The notes under the pieces were generated by a model. That model worked only from the letters and a program-made list of their open reading frames with translations. It did not search any database and had not been told where the DNA came from. Shown piece after piece: positions 51,707 to 61,676 of a stretch of DNA of 64,000 bases. The position numbers and the translations under genes are program-made. Position 1 is the first letter of the stretch. Each line of letters opens with the position of its first letter. The DNA comes from Candidatus Eiseniibacteriota bacterium. GTDB lineage: Bacteria; Eisenbacteria; RBG-16-71-46; JABDJR01. The DNA is taken from assembly GCA_963762255.1 (NCBI GenBank), contig CAVXKA010000002.1, forward strand, positions 704,001-768,000. The letters run 5' to 3'.

Positions 51707-51770
51707 GATGCCGTCCAGTGCCTCCACGTTTGGCTCGCGACGTGAGGATAGCAGAGCGGGGGGGACCGCC

Positions 51771-52661
51771 TCAACCGACGCCGGAGTTGGTCGCGCTCGT
51801 CGATTCGAGTCGATAGCGATGCACCGCCGCGTTGACCTCGCCGCCGACGAGAACGAGGACCGAGGACAAGTAGACGAAGGTGAGCGTGACCACCACCGTG
51901 GCCATCGGTCCATAGACCTGGTCGTAGACTGCCAAGCGCCGCAGGTACAGGTTGAACCCAACCGTGGTCACCATCCAGGCGACGGCAAAGACCAGGGAAC
52001 CGGGCCAGGACACACGGTGGACGTGCTTGAACTTGGGAGCGAGCCAGTACAGCAGGCGCGCGGCGAGGAGGACGATCAGCACCGAGATGGGCTGGCTCCA
52101 GTCGAAGACGAAGCGCAGGACGGCCCCTCGCAGGCGCCGCGCCTCCTCCGCTCCGCCGGCGAGATCCTCCCCGAACACCAGGAAGAGGAACCCGAGCACC
52201 AGGAAGAGCGCGCTCGTCCCCACCACCGCAAGAGCCATGAGCCGCGTCCGCCACGCCGCCCGCGATTCCTGGAGGTGATAGATGCGGTTGAGAGCGTGAA
52301 TGAGGGCCTGGACGACGTTGCTGGACGTCCACAGCAGGGCGACGAGAGCCAGCGGGAGGAGTTGCGGGGGAACCGGCTGCCGGGCAAGCTCCAGCACCTG
52401 GTTCAGGAACTCCTCCGCCTTGACCGGGATGACGCCGGCCGGGAACCCGACGAGGATCCGCAAATCGTCCGGGTTGGCCCCGACCAGACTGAGGAGGATG
52501 GAGAGGAGAAAGAGGAGCGCGAAGATGCTGAACAGACTGTAGAAAGCTATCCCGGCGGCATAGAAGGGAACGTCGTCCCTCCACATCCCGTCCCAGGTCT
52601 GACGCACTATCCAGCGAAGAGAGCCGGCGCCGTGGCGCGCGCGCCGGAGGGCGGTTTCCAC
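51771..52661 (-). CDS. YihY/virulence factor BrkB family membrane protein
   Basis: AAGIAFYSLFS, ALNRIY, PGSLV, YDQVYG and LVGGEVNA motifs. Confidence 0.88.
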   Translation of the reverse strand: METALRRARHGAGSLRWIVRQTWDGMWRDDVPFYAAGIAFYSLFSIFALLFLLSILLSLVGANPDDLRILVGFPAGVIPVKAEEFLNQVLELARQPVPPQLLPLALVALLWTSSNVVQALIHALNRIYHLQESRAAWRTRLMALAVVGTSALFLVLGFLFLVFGEDLAGGAEEARRLRGAVLRFVFDWSQPISVLIVLLAARLLYWLAPKFKHVHRVSWPGSLVFAVAWMVTTVGFNLYLRRLAVYDQVYGPMATVVVTLTFVYLSSVLVLVGGEVNAAVHRYRLESTSATNSGVG

Positions 52662-52663
52662 CG

Positions 52664-53416
52664 TCAGCCGCCTAGCTTCTCCATGACGTCGTCGGAGACT
52701 TCGAAGTTGGCGAAGACCTTCTGCACGTCGTCGATCTCCTCGAGCGCCTCGAAGAACTTGAAGAACTTCTCCGCCTCGCTCTTGTTGAGCGCTTTCGTGG
52801 TCTTGGCCAGCCGCTCTATCCCCGCCTCCGCTACCGGGATCCCCTTCTTTTCCAGCCCGCTCAGCACGGCTTGAAAGTCCCCGGAGGAGGTGATGACCTC
52901 GTAGCGGTCTTCCGCCTCGGTGTTGACGTCCTCGGCGCCGACCTCCATCGCGGCCTCGAAGATGGCGTCCTCGGTCACCTGCGAGCGCTCGACGTAGACC
53001 ATGCCCTTCTGTTCGAACATGTAGGCCACCGACCCCACCGCTCCGAGGTTTCCGCCGTACTTGGTGAAGGCGTGGCGGATCTCGCTCGCGGCGCGGTTGC
53101 GGTTGTCGGTCACGGTCTCGGCAAGCACCGCCACCCCCGACGGGCCGTAGCCCTCGTAGAGGATTTCCTCGAAAATCGCCCCTTCCAGCTCCCCGGTGCC
53201 CTTCTTGATCGCGCGGTCGATGTTGTCCTTGGGCATGTTGGCCGCCTTGGCCGTGGCCACCGCGGTGCGCAGCCGCGGATTTCCCGCCTGATCACCGCCG
53301 CCCGCCCGGGCGGCAATGGTGATCTCCCGAATCAGCCGCGTGAACATCCGCCCGCGGGCGGCGTCCGTAGCGCCCTTCTTGCGTTTGATGGTCGCCCATT
53401 TTGAGTGTCCGGACAT
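52664..53416 (-). CDS. yebC: YebC/PmpR family protein
   Basis: MSGHSKWATIKRKK, YEGYGP, TDNRNR and DDVQKVFAN motifs. Confidence 0.95.
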   Translation of the reverse strand: MSGHSKWATIKRKKGATDAARGRMFTRLIREITIAARAGGGDQAGNPRLRTAVATAKAANMPKDNIDRAIKKGTGELEGAIFEEILYEGYGPSGVAVLAETVTDNRNRAASEIRHAFTKYGGNLGAVGSVAYMFEQKGMVYVERSQVTEDAIFEAAMEVGAEDVNTEAEDRYEVITSSGDFQAVLSGLEKKGIPVAEAGIERLAKTTKALNKSEAEKFFKFFEALEEIDDVQKVFANFEVSDDVMEKLGG

Positions 53417-53422
53417 GGCTGG

Positions 53423-55507
53423 CTATTTCCCCTCGGTTTCCTCGCGGGCCGCCTTGGCCGCTGCGATGATGCGGTCGGCGGAGTCGCGCGGGATTTCCTC
53501 GTAGCTGCTGAAGGCGAGGGAGAAACGACCCCGCCCCTGAGTCATCGAACGCAACTGTGCGGAGTAGTGATAGAGCTCGGCCGCCGGGATCAGGGCCTTC
53601 ACGATCTGGCTGCGGCCATCGGGCGCCATCCCCAGAATGCGGCCGCGGCGCGAGCTCAAGTCGCCCATGATGTCGCCGGTGTAGTCCTCGGGGACGCGAA
53701 CCGACACCTCCATGATGGGCTCGAGCAGCACCGGACCGGCTTCCTGCATCAGCTTTTTGAAGGCCATGGAGCCGGCCACCTTGAACGCCATTTCGCTGGA
53801 GTCCACGCTGTGGTACGAGCCGTCGAAGAGAATCGCGCGGATGTCCACGACCGGATAGCCGGCGAGTTCGCCCTCGCGCATGGACTCGATCACGCCCTTC
53901 TCCACGGCCGGGATGTACTGGCGCGGGACCACGCCGCCCACGACGTTGTCCACGAACTCGAAACCGGTCCCGCGAGGAAGCGGCTCGAGCTTCAGCCACA
54001 CGTCACCGTACTGGCCGCGCCCGCCGGTCTGCTTCTTGTACCGGCCCTGGCCTTCCGCCTTGCGGGTGATGGCTTCCCGGAACGGCACCCGGGGCTTCTT
54101 CAGCTCGACCTCGACATGCTTGTCGCGCAGCTTGTCGAGGATCACCTCGAGGTGCAACTCACCCATCCCTCGCAAGAGCTGCTGGCGAAGCTCCGAGTCC
54201 ACCTCCAGGCGGGTCGTCGGATCCTCCTCCATGATCTTGTGCATCGCGATGCCGATCTTGTCCTCTTCACCCTTGTGCTTGGGGACGATGGCCTCCACCG
54301 CGAGCGGCTCCGGGAACACGGTCGGCGGCAAGACGTAGGACTTCCCCTTGTTTCCGAGGGTGTCGTTGGTGTGGGTGGCCTTGAGCTTCACGACCGCCGC
54401 GATATCGCCCGCCTCCAGCTTGCCCACTTCTTTCCGATCCCGCCCCTGGAGCAGGTAGATCTGGCCCAGCTTTTCCGAGTTGTTGCGCGTGGTGTTGTGC
54501 ACCTCGGTGCCGCTGGTGAACGTGCCCGAGTAGACGCGGATAAGGGACAGCTCTCCCAGATGGGGCTCGATCACGGTCTTGAACACCAGCGCGGCGGGGA
54601 CACCCCCGCTCTTGGGTTCGAGGATTTCCTCCGCGTCGTTCAGGATGGCCTTGACCCCCGGCCGATCCGCCGGCGAGGGGAAACAGACGACGAAGGCGTC
54701 GAGCATGCGGCGCACGCCGACGTTCATGACGGCACTTGCCACGACCGCGGGGTACACCCCTCCCTTGGCCACACCGAGGCGCAGCGCGGACAGGATCTCC
54801 TCCTGCGTGAGCTCTTCCCCTCCGAGGTACTTCTCGATGACGTTGTCGTCGAACTCCGCCACCGCCTCGATGAGCTTCTCGCGCGCGGACTGCGCGGCGC
54901 TCTTCAAGTCGGCGGGGATTTCCTCTTCCCGAGGCTCGTGGCCGGCGTCGGTGTAGACGTAGGCCTTCATCTTGAAGAGGTCGATGAGGCCCTTGAAGCT
55001 GGGTCCGCTGCCCAAGGGCAGCTGCAGCGGGACGACTTTCGGGGACAGGAGCTCCTGAGCCCCGGCGATGGCACGCGCGAAATCGGAGTGCTCCTTGTCC
55101 AGCATGTTGATGCACACCAGGGTAGGGATTCCCTGTTCCCGGGCCATCTGGAACGTGCGCTCGCTGCCGGCCTCCACGCCGGTCACGCCGTTCACCACCA
55201 GCAGGCAGTTGTCGGTGGCGCGCAACGCTGCCACCACCTCACCGGTGAAGTCGTCGTAGCCGGGGGTGTCGATGAGGTTGATCTTGCAGTCCCGCCACTC
55301 GCCGTAGCCTGTGGCCATCTGGATGGAGATCTTCCGTTTTTGCTCGGCGGCGGTGTAATCCATCGTTGTCGAGCCCGCATCCACGGACCCGATGCGGGAG
55401 ATGGACTTCATATCGAAGAGGATGGCGTCGGCAAGCGTCGTCTTCCCGCAGGTGCCGTGGCCGATCAAAGCAATGTTTCTCAGCTTGTCCGTGGGGTATT
55501 CCTTCAC
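53423..55507 (-). CDS. fusA: Elongation factor G paralog (EF-G2-like)
   Basis: GHGTCGKTT, RKISI, DTPG, GMGELHLE, KKQTGGRGQYG and DGSYHSVDSSEMAF; GTG start after GGAGG. Confidence 0.92.
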   Translation of the reverse strand: MKEYPTDKLRNIALIGHGTCGKTTLADAILFDMKSISRIGSVDAGSTTMDYTAAEQKRKISIQMATGYGEWRDCKINLIDTPGYDDFTGEVVAALRATDNCLLVVNGVTGVEAGSERTFQMAREQGIPTLVCINMLDKEHSDFARAIAGAQELLSPKVVPLQLPLGSGPSFKGLIDLFKMKAYVYTDAGHEPREEEIPADLKSAAQSAREKLIEAVAEFDDNVIEKYLGGEELTQEEILSALRLGVAKGGVYPAVVASAVMNVGVRRMLDAFVVCFPSPADRPGVKAILNDAEEILEPKSGGVPAALVFKTVIEPHLGELSLIRVYSGTFTSGTEVHNTTRNNSEKLGQIYLLQGRDRKEVGKLEAGDIAAVVKLKATHTNDTLGNKGKSYVLPPTVFPEPLAVEAIVPKHKGEEDKIGIAMHKIMEEDPTTRLEVDSELRQQLLRGMGELHLEVILDKLRDKHVEVELKKPRVPFREAITRKAEGQGRYKKQTGGRGQYGDVWLKLEPLPRGTGFEFVDNVVGGVVPRQYIPAVEKGVIESMREGELAGYPVVDIRAILFDGSYHSVDSSEMAFKVAGSMAFKKLMQEAGPVLLEPIMEVSVRVPEDYTGDIMGDLSSRRGRILGMAPDGRSQIVKALIPAAELYHYSAQLRSMTQGRGRFSLAFSSYEEIPRDSADRIIAAAKAAREETEGK

Positions 55508-55817
55508 GTCAACCTCCTGTCTCCCACCCAGTAGCAATCGCGGATCCGGGGAAGCCGGGCCGAGGGTACACGGGGCCAGGGGATGCCGGCGGTGGAGGCA
55601 CAGCCGGCGCCGGCGCCGTCGGGTCGAGGAGGCCGCAAGCGCGGATACGGCGGGCGCGCCACCCCCGGGGCAACCCGATTTCGTCTCTAACAACCAAAAG
55701 GCCCCGGTGGGGCCTCGGTTGCGCAGACGAAGGAGCCTATCACCGCGCCCCATCACGGTCAAGAAGGCCGATGCCCCCCAATCCCCCCCGGCACAAGGAG
55801 ATGGGGGGTCGTTTTCC

Positions 55818-55847
55818 TTGCCTTCCCCCCTCCCCGCGGCCTATGCT
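55818..55847 (+). promoter_or_regulatory. Candidate sigma70 promoter of the STAS operon
   Basis: TTGCCT-N18-TATGCT. Confidence 0.4.
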
Positions 55848-55908
55848 CTCTCACCTGCCGATCCTCTGCGATTCCGGCTTCCCGATCATGAAAAGGGAGA
55901 CGCCATCG

Positions 55909-56253
55909 ATGAAATTCAACTCGCGTCAGGTGGGTGACGTGGTCGTCTACGACCTCAAGGGAGGGTTGGAAGGCGGACCCGATACCTTTGCCATCAAGGA
56001 CGACGTCAAGAAACAGATGGAGCAGGGGCACCGCAAGTTCCTGCTGAATATGGACGGGGTGGACTACGTGAGTTCGACCGGGGTGGGGATCGTCGTTTCG
56101 GTCTACTCGAGCATCATGAGCGGGGGCGGCGCCATGAAGATCTCCAATGCGAATCAGCGCGTTTCCCGGGTCATGATGATCACGAAGCTGCTCGAGGTCT
56201 TCGATTCGTATTACAAGGAAGAGGAAGCAATCCAGGCGTTTCAGTCGGCCTGA
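55909..56253 (+). CDS. STAS anti-sigma factor antagonist
   Basis: LLNMDGVDYVSSTGVG phosphoacceptor motif. Confidence 0.9.
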   Translation: MKFNSRQVGDVVVYDLKGGLEGGPDTFAIKDDVKKQMEQGHRKFLLNMDGVDYVSSTGVGIVVSVYSSIMSGGGAMKISNANQRVSRVMMITKLLEVFDSYYKEEEAIQAFQSA

Positions 56254-56274
56254 GCATACGGGAGAGCGACAGCG

Positions 56275-56610
56275 ATGAAGTTCGGGATGGAAAAGCACGG
56301 CGATGTAGTGGTAATCGAGCTCAAGTCCTCGTTGGAAGGGGGCCCCGACACCTTCGATCTGAAGGATGAGGTCAAGGCGCGCCTGGGCGAGGGAACCCGC
56401 AAGTTCGTACTCGACATGGAGAAGGCCGGCTTCGTGAATTCCACCGGTATCGGGGTTGTGGTGGGCGCCTACTCGAGCATCAAGCACGCGGGCGGCCAGC
56501 TCCACATCTGCGGGATCAGCGATCGCGCCCGCCGCGCCTTCGTTGTCACCGGCGTCTGGCAGCTCTTCAGCGTGTTCGAGACACAGGACGAGGCGCTCAA
56601 GGGCTTCTAG
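56275..56610 (+). CDS. STAS anti-sigma factor antagonist (tandem paralog)
   Basis: VLDMEKAGFVNSTGIG motif. Confidence 0.9.
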   Translation: MKFGMEKHGDVVVIELKSSLEGGPDTFDLKDEVKARLGEGTRKFVLDMEKAGFVNSTGIGVVVGAYSSIKHAGGQLHICGISDRARRAFVVTGVWQLFSVFETQDEALKGF

Positions 56611-56635
56611 GACTCCATCTCCACGGAGACCCCAC

Positions 56636-57457
56636 ATGCTGCACGCCACCTTCAGATTGACACTTCGATCCCTCGGTCTCTGCCTCCCGATGATGGCCGC
56701 GATGGCCCTCGCCGGGTCCGCGCCTGCCTGCGCGCTGGAGCCGGGCGAGTTCGATCCCGCGCCATTCGATTCCCTGCTCCAGACCTACGTCCGGGACGGG
56801 GCTGTCGACTACGCCGCCTGGAAGCAAGACGGGCTGACCTCGCTCGACCGCTTCCTCGACGACGCCGCCGCCCACGACCTCACCCAGCTCATGGGCAAGG
56901 AACCGCGCGCCGGATTCCTCATCAACGCGTACAACGCCTGGGCGATCCGGCAGATCGTGGCCGCCTACCCGGTCGAGCGCGTGCAGGACATTCCCGGCTT
57001 CTATGACGGCAACCGTCGCCGGATCGCGGGTGAGGACCGCTCGCTGGCAGAGATCGAGGCCGCGCTCGACGCGATCCTCCCCCACCAGCCGGACTACATC
57101 TTCGCGCTCTCGTCGGGAGCGGCGGACATGCCTGCACTGGCCGGCGAGGCCTATCGCTCGGACGCCTTCGTGTCCCGCATCCGCCGGGCCGCTTCGGCGT
57201 ACCTGACCGGGCCTCAGCCCGTCGTCTACGATCACGAGAAGAATGTCCTCCGCCTCCCTCCGCCGTTCCGCGGTCACGTGGAGCGGTTCCAGGCGCTCCA
57301 GCCGGGCCTGCAGGGGTTCCTTTCGCCCTACATTCCTCTGGCTGACCTGGTGGCTCTCCAGACCGACTCGCCGAAGCTCGAAATCGCCGAGTCTCTAGGC
57401 ACGCTTCGCAAGCCGCAGTCGGCGGCCCCCGGGGACAGCTCCGGGGCCGAGCGGTGA
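56636..57457 (+). CDS. DUF547-like secreted protein
   Basis: Signal peptide; VDYAA, FLINAYNA and SLAEIE motifs. Confidence 0.75.
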   Translation: MLHATFRLTLRSLGLCLPMMAAMALAGSAPACALEPGEFDPAPFDSLLQTYVRDGAVDYAAWKQDGLTSLDRFLDDAAAHDLTQLMGKEPRAGFLINAYNAWAIRQIVAAYPVERVQDIPGFYDGNRRRIAGEDRSLAEIEAALDAILPHQPDYIFALSSGAADMPALAGEAYRSDAFVSRIRRAASAYLTGPQPVVYDHEKNVLRLPPPFRGHVERFQALQPGLQGFLSPYIPLADLVALQTDSPKLEIAESLGTLRKPQSAAPGDSSGAER

Positions 57458-58636
57458 CCGGTTACCCCAGCGCCAGACGTCAAGCTCAACCCTCGCGGTC
57501 TGACCCGCTGGCGCAGCGGTCATCCCTGGATCTACCGCGGCGGGATCGAAATGGTCGAGGAGAGCACCGGTACCGAGCCGGTGGCACGTGTCCACGATCC
57601 CCGAGGGCGATTCCTCGGCCAGGCGCTCGTGAGCCGGGAATCCCAGATCACCCTGCGGTTCCTCACCCGCCGCGAAGAGCCGGTGGACGCCGATTTCATC
57701 GGTGATCGTCTCGCCCGCGCTGTGGCATTTCGCGACCGGCACCTGCCCGGACGGGACGCGGTGCGGCTTGTCTTTGGCGAGGCCGACGGCCTCCCCGGGC
57801 TGGTCGTGGATCGCTATGGCAAGCACCTCGCCGTGCAGTTCCTCGCCTGGGGAATGGATGCGTTGAGCGCGGACATCACCGAGGCGCTCCGGCGAATCGC
57901 GAACCCCGACTCCATCCTCGCCCGCAACGATCCCGCGGTGCGCGGCCTCGAGGGGCTCCCCCGCACGGTGACCCAGCTCTTCGGCGAGACACCCGACGCG
58001 GTGGCCTATCACGAGGGCGATCTCGCGCTCTCCGCCGATCTGCGGCGCGGCCAGAAGACCGGCGCCTTCCTGGATCAGGTCGAGAACCATGTCCTGGCCG
58101 GCCGCCTCGCGCACGGCAAGGTGCTCGACGTCTTCACGTACACCGGCGGCTTCGCCCTGGCCGCGGCGCGGGGCGCGGAGTCGGTGACCGCCGTGGACAC
58201 CTCGGCGGACGCCCTGCAGATCGCCCAAACGCAGGCCGCGCGGAACGGCTTGCAGAACGTGACCTTCACCGAGGCCAACGCCTTCGACTATCTCAAGGAT
58301 GCGGACCGGCGGAGCGATCGGTTCGACATGGTGATCCTCGACCCGCCCGCTTTCGCCAAGAACAAGGGCGAACTCGATGGCGCGCTGCGGGGCTACAAGG
58401 AGATCAACCTGCGGGCGATGAAGATCCTCGAGCCCGGTGGTATTCTCCTCACGTGCAGTTGTTCGTACCACCTGAGCGAGCAGCTCATGGACGAGGTGCT
58501 GGCCGCGGCCGCGGCCGACGCGCATCGCGCATTTCGAGTGCTCGAGCGGCGGCGTCAGGCGCCTGACCACCCCGTTTTGCTGGGCTTCCCCGAGAGCCTG
58601 TATCTGAAATGTCAGGTGCTGGAGCTTTTGGACTAG
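57454..58636 (+). CDS. RlmI-like class I SAM rRNA methyltransferase (probable frameshift just after the GTG start)
   Basis: GHPWIY (PUA domain, upstream of the listed ORF), GEADGLPGLVVDRY, GQKTGAFLDQ, ILDPPAF, TCSCS and YLK motifs. Confidence 0.88.
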
Positions 58637-58652
58637 GACCCTGTCCCGGAGG

Positions 58653-59939
58653 TTGGCGGTGACGCAGGAGCCTTCCAAGGCCGAACGCGAAAAACTGATC
58701 TACGACTGGAACACGGCCGACGGCGCGCCGCGTCTGCCCGCGAGGCGGGTCACGCTGGACGATGAGTCCCTGCGCGACGGTTTGCAGTCCCCCTCGGTGA
58801 GCGATCCCCCCATCCAGGAAAAGATCCGCATCCTTCACCTCATGGAGGCCCTCGGTATCCAGTCCGCCGACATCGGGCTTCCCGCCGCCGGGCCTCGCGC
58901 CGCCGAGGACACGCTGGCGCTGGCGCGGGAGACCGTGGCCGGAAAGATGGCGCTTCATCCCAACGCCGCGGCGCGAACGCTGGTGAAGGACATCGAGCCC
59001 ATCGCCCGGATCAGCCAGCAGGCCGGATGCCCGATCGAAGTGGCCATGTTCGTGGGCTCGAGCCCGATCCGCTTCTACACGGAGAACTGGGAGCTCTCCA
59101 AGCTCCTCAAGCTGGTCGATGAAGCCGTGAGCTATGCGGTACGTGAAGAACTTCCGATCATGTTCGTGACCGAGGACACCACTCGCGCGACACCGGAGAC
59201 GATCAAGGCGCTCTACCAGACCGCAATTCGCGGCGGCGCCCACCGAATCGCCGTGGCCGACACCGCCGGACACGCCACCCCCGCCGGTGTGAGGGCCGTC
59301 ATCACCTATGTGCGCGAGATCTGCGAGCAGATCGAATACGACGTGATGATCGACTGGCACGGACACAACGATCGCGGCCTCGGCGTGGTCAATGCCGTTA
59401 CCGCCGCCCTGTGCGGGGCGGACCAGCTCCACGGCACCGCGCTCGGCATCGGGGAGCGCTGTGGCAACGCGGCCATGGACCAGATCCTGGTGAACCTCAA
59501 ACTCATGGGGCTCATCCACAACGATCTCTCGAGGTTGCAGGAGTACTGCGACGCGGTGGCGAAGGCGGTGGGGTTCCCCATCCCGGTCAACTACCCGATC
59601 GTGGGACGCGACGCGTTCCGCACGGCGACCGGAGTGCATGCCGCCGCGGTGCTCAAGGCGCGCCAGCGCGGCGACGTGTGGCTCGAGGACATGGTGTATT
59701 CCTCGGTGCCGGCCTACATGATCGGGCGCGAACAGGTGATCGAGATCGGGCCGATGAGCGGCCTGGCCAACGTCACGTACTGGCTCGACCGTCACGGCTA
59801 CACTACGGCGCCCGCCCTGGTCGATCGCATCTTCCGGGAAGCCAAGGCGGCCAAGGCCGTGCTCTCCGACGAGACCATCCATCGCCTCGCCCGCGAGGCG
59901 GGAGCCACCCGCGCGGATACGCCGTCCGCGAAGCAATGA
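58653..59939 (+). CDS. LeuA-family DRE-TIM acyltransferase lacking the regulatory domain
   Basis: DESLRDGLQ, ADTAG, HGHNDRG, GIGERCGNA and TGVH motifs. Confidence 0.85.
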   Translation: MAVTQEPSKAEREKLIYDWNTADGAPRLPARRVTLDDESLRDGLQSPSVSDPPIQEKIRILHLMEALGIQSADIGLPAAGPRAAEDTLALARETVAGKMALHPNAAARTLVKDIEPIARISQQAGCPIEVAMFVGSSPIRFYTENWELSKLLKLVDEAVSYAVREELPIMFVTEDTTRATPETIKALYQTAIRGGAHRIAVADTAGHATPAGVRAVITYVREICEQIEYDVMIDWHGHNDRGLGVVNAVTAALCGADQLHGTALGIGERCGNAAMDQILVNLKLMGLIHNDLSRLQEYCDAVAKAVGFPIPVNYPIVGRDAFRTATGVHAAAVLKARQRGDVWLEDMVYSSVPAYMIGREQVIEIGPMSGLANVTYWLDRHGYTTAPALVDRIFREAKAAKAVLSDETIHRLAREAGATRADTPSAKQ

Positions 59940-61651
59940 GGACCATGAAATCACCCTGTTGGGTCCGGACGCTTCCGGCCGCGTGTTTCGCCGCCTTGTT
60001 CTTGGTCGCCTGTGCGCCTCGCGAAGAGGCTCCTCCCCCACCGCCGCGTTGGACGGCGCTGACTTCGGGAGCGGCCTACGACGGCGAAACCGACGTCGCC
60101 CCCGATTCGAGCTTCGTCGTGTTCGTGTCGACGCGGGACGGGGTGCGCGGGCTCTACCGGCTGGACGTGGGGAGTGGGGAGGTCACGGCCATCGCCAAGG
60201 CTGACGGGGCGATCTCGTCGCCCGCGATCTTCCCGGTCCGCCGAGTCGCCTATGTCGCAGCCAGGCGCATCGCCTACATCACGGGCGGGCGCCTCGCGAC
60301 CTGCTGGATGGACGGCACCAACCCGCGGACCTTCACAGAGTTGCCGCCGGGCTCCTCCCCCACCTGGAGCCCCGACGGCGCACGCGTCCTCTACGTGTCC
60401 ACCGACGGCGCCTTCATGCTGGCCGATGTCGAAGCCGGCACGGTTGCGCCGGCCGGGTGGCCCATTCCCGCCGACGCCTCCGAGCCGATGTGGAGCGCCA
60501 GCGGCACCGTGGTCTTCCGCGCGGGGCCGTCCGGCCATGGCGACATCTACGCGTTCGATCCCTCGCGGTCGGATCCGCCTCGGCGGGTGACCAGCACCCA
60601 GTGGGACGAGCGCGCACCCTACCTGCGCGACGGGCTGCTCGCGTTCACCGCCAACCCGGACGGCGCGTATCGGCCGTTCGCGCTGGCGATAGACGCGCGT
60701 GAAGGCACGGCTCCGGAGCGTCTCGGCCCGGCGCGCACGCACGCCATGGATCCGGTGGTCTGGCCCGGCGGCCAGTCGGTGCTGGTGAGCGAGGCGGGGG
60801 GATGGGCGATTCGGTTCCGCGCGGCCGCGGGCGGTGAGGTCTCGACAGCGGTCCCTCCGGATGCGGATCATCGGGATCCGGTTTTCGACGCAACGGCCAA
60901 GAACATCTTCTATACATCCGACGCGGACGGAAACGATGACATCTACGTGGTCGATCTGAGCGACAGCAACGTGGCCAACCTGACTACCAGCCTCGAGCGT
61001 GACCTGGGGCCCGATTTCTCGCCCGCCACGCATCGTCTGGTCTTCGTGGCCGAGCGCGAGGGCAACAGCGAAATCATGAGCATCGACGAGAGCGGCCTCG
61101 ATGAGCTCATCCTCGCCCCCAGTCCGGCGCAGGACGAGGAGCCGAGCTTCTCCCCCGACGGCACCCGCGTGGCCTTCGCCTCGAATCGGGCGGGGAGCTT
61201 CGACATCTGGATCGTGGATGCGGCCGGCGGCGAGCCCGTGCGAGTGACCACCGACGACCGCGGCGACGAGCGGCACCCGACCTGGATCGACGAGGGACGC
61301 GCGCTGATGTTCTCCGCCGACGGGAGTGGACGCTCGGGTCTGTGGAAGACCGTACTGGAAGGAGGCTCAGTGAGCCGCATGGCGGAAGACACCGAGAGCC
61401 TCTCCGCGGATTCGAACCCCTCGGCCTCCACCGACGGAACCCGCGTCGTATTCACGCGTACCGTCCGCGACGATGCCGACCTCTGGGTGCTGGATCTCGC
61501 CACGGGAAAGACGGCGCCCGCCATCGTCGACTCTCTCCAGAACGAAGACAACGGCGCTTTCAGCCCGGACGGTTCCACCCTGACGTATCAGGAGGGCGCC
61601 GCCCGCAACCTCGTGCGGTGGTATCTCGGTGTAGGACCGGCCGCCCGCTAG
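59936..61651 (+). CDS. TolB-like PD40 beta-propeller lipoprotein
   Basis: Lipobox LVAC; repeated P(T/S)(W/F)SPDG motifs. Confidence 0.85.
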   Translation: MRTMKSPCWVRTLPAACFAALFLVACAPREEAPPPPPRWTALTSGAAYDGETDVAPDSSFVVFVSTRDGVRGLYRLDVGSGEVTAIAKADGAISSPAIFPVRRVAYVAARRIAYITGGRLATCWMDGTNPRTFTELPPGSSPTWSPDGARVLYVSTDGAFMLADVEAGTVAPAGWPIPADASEPMWSASGTVVFRAGPSGHGDIYAFDPSRSDPPRRVTSTQWDERAPYLRDGLLAFTANPDGAYRPFALAIDAREGTAPERLGPARTHAMDPVVWPGGQSVLVSEAGGWAIRFRAAAGGEVSTAVPPDADHRDPVFDATAKNIFYTSDADGNDDIYVVDLSDSNVANLTTSLERDLGPDFSPATHRLVFVAEREGNSEIMSIDESGLDELILAPSPAQDEEPSFSPDGTRVAFASNRAGSFDIWIVDAAGGEPVRVTTDDRGDERHPTWIDEGRALMFSADGSGRSGLWKTVLEGGSVSRMAEDTESLSADSNPSASTDGTRVVFTRTVRDDADLWVLDLATGKTAPAIVDSLQNEDNGAFSPDGSTLTYQEGAARNLVRWYLGVGPAAR

Positions 61652-61676
61652 CGGAGTCCCCGGCGCTCGGCGGGCA

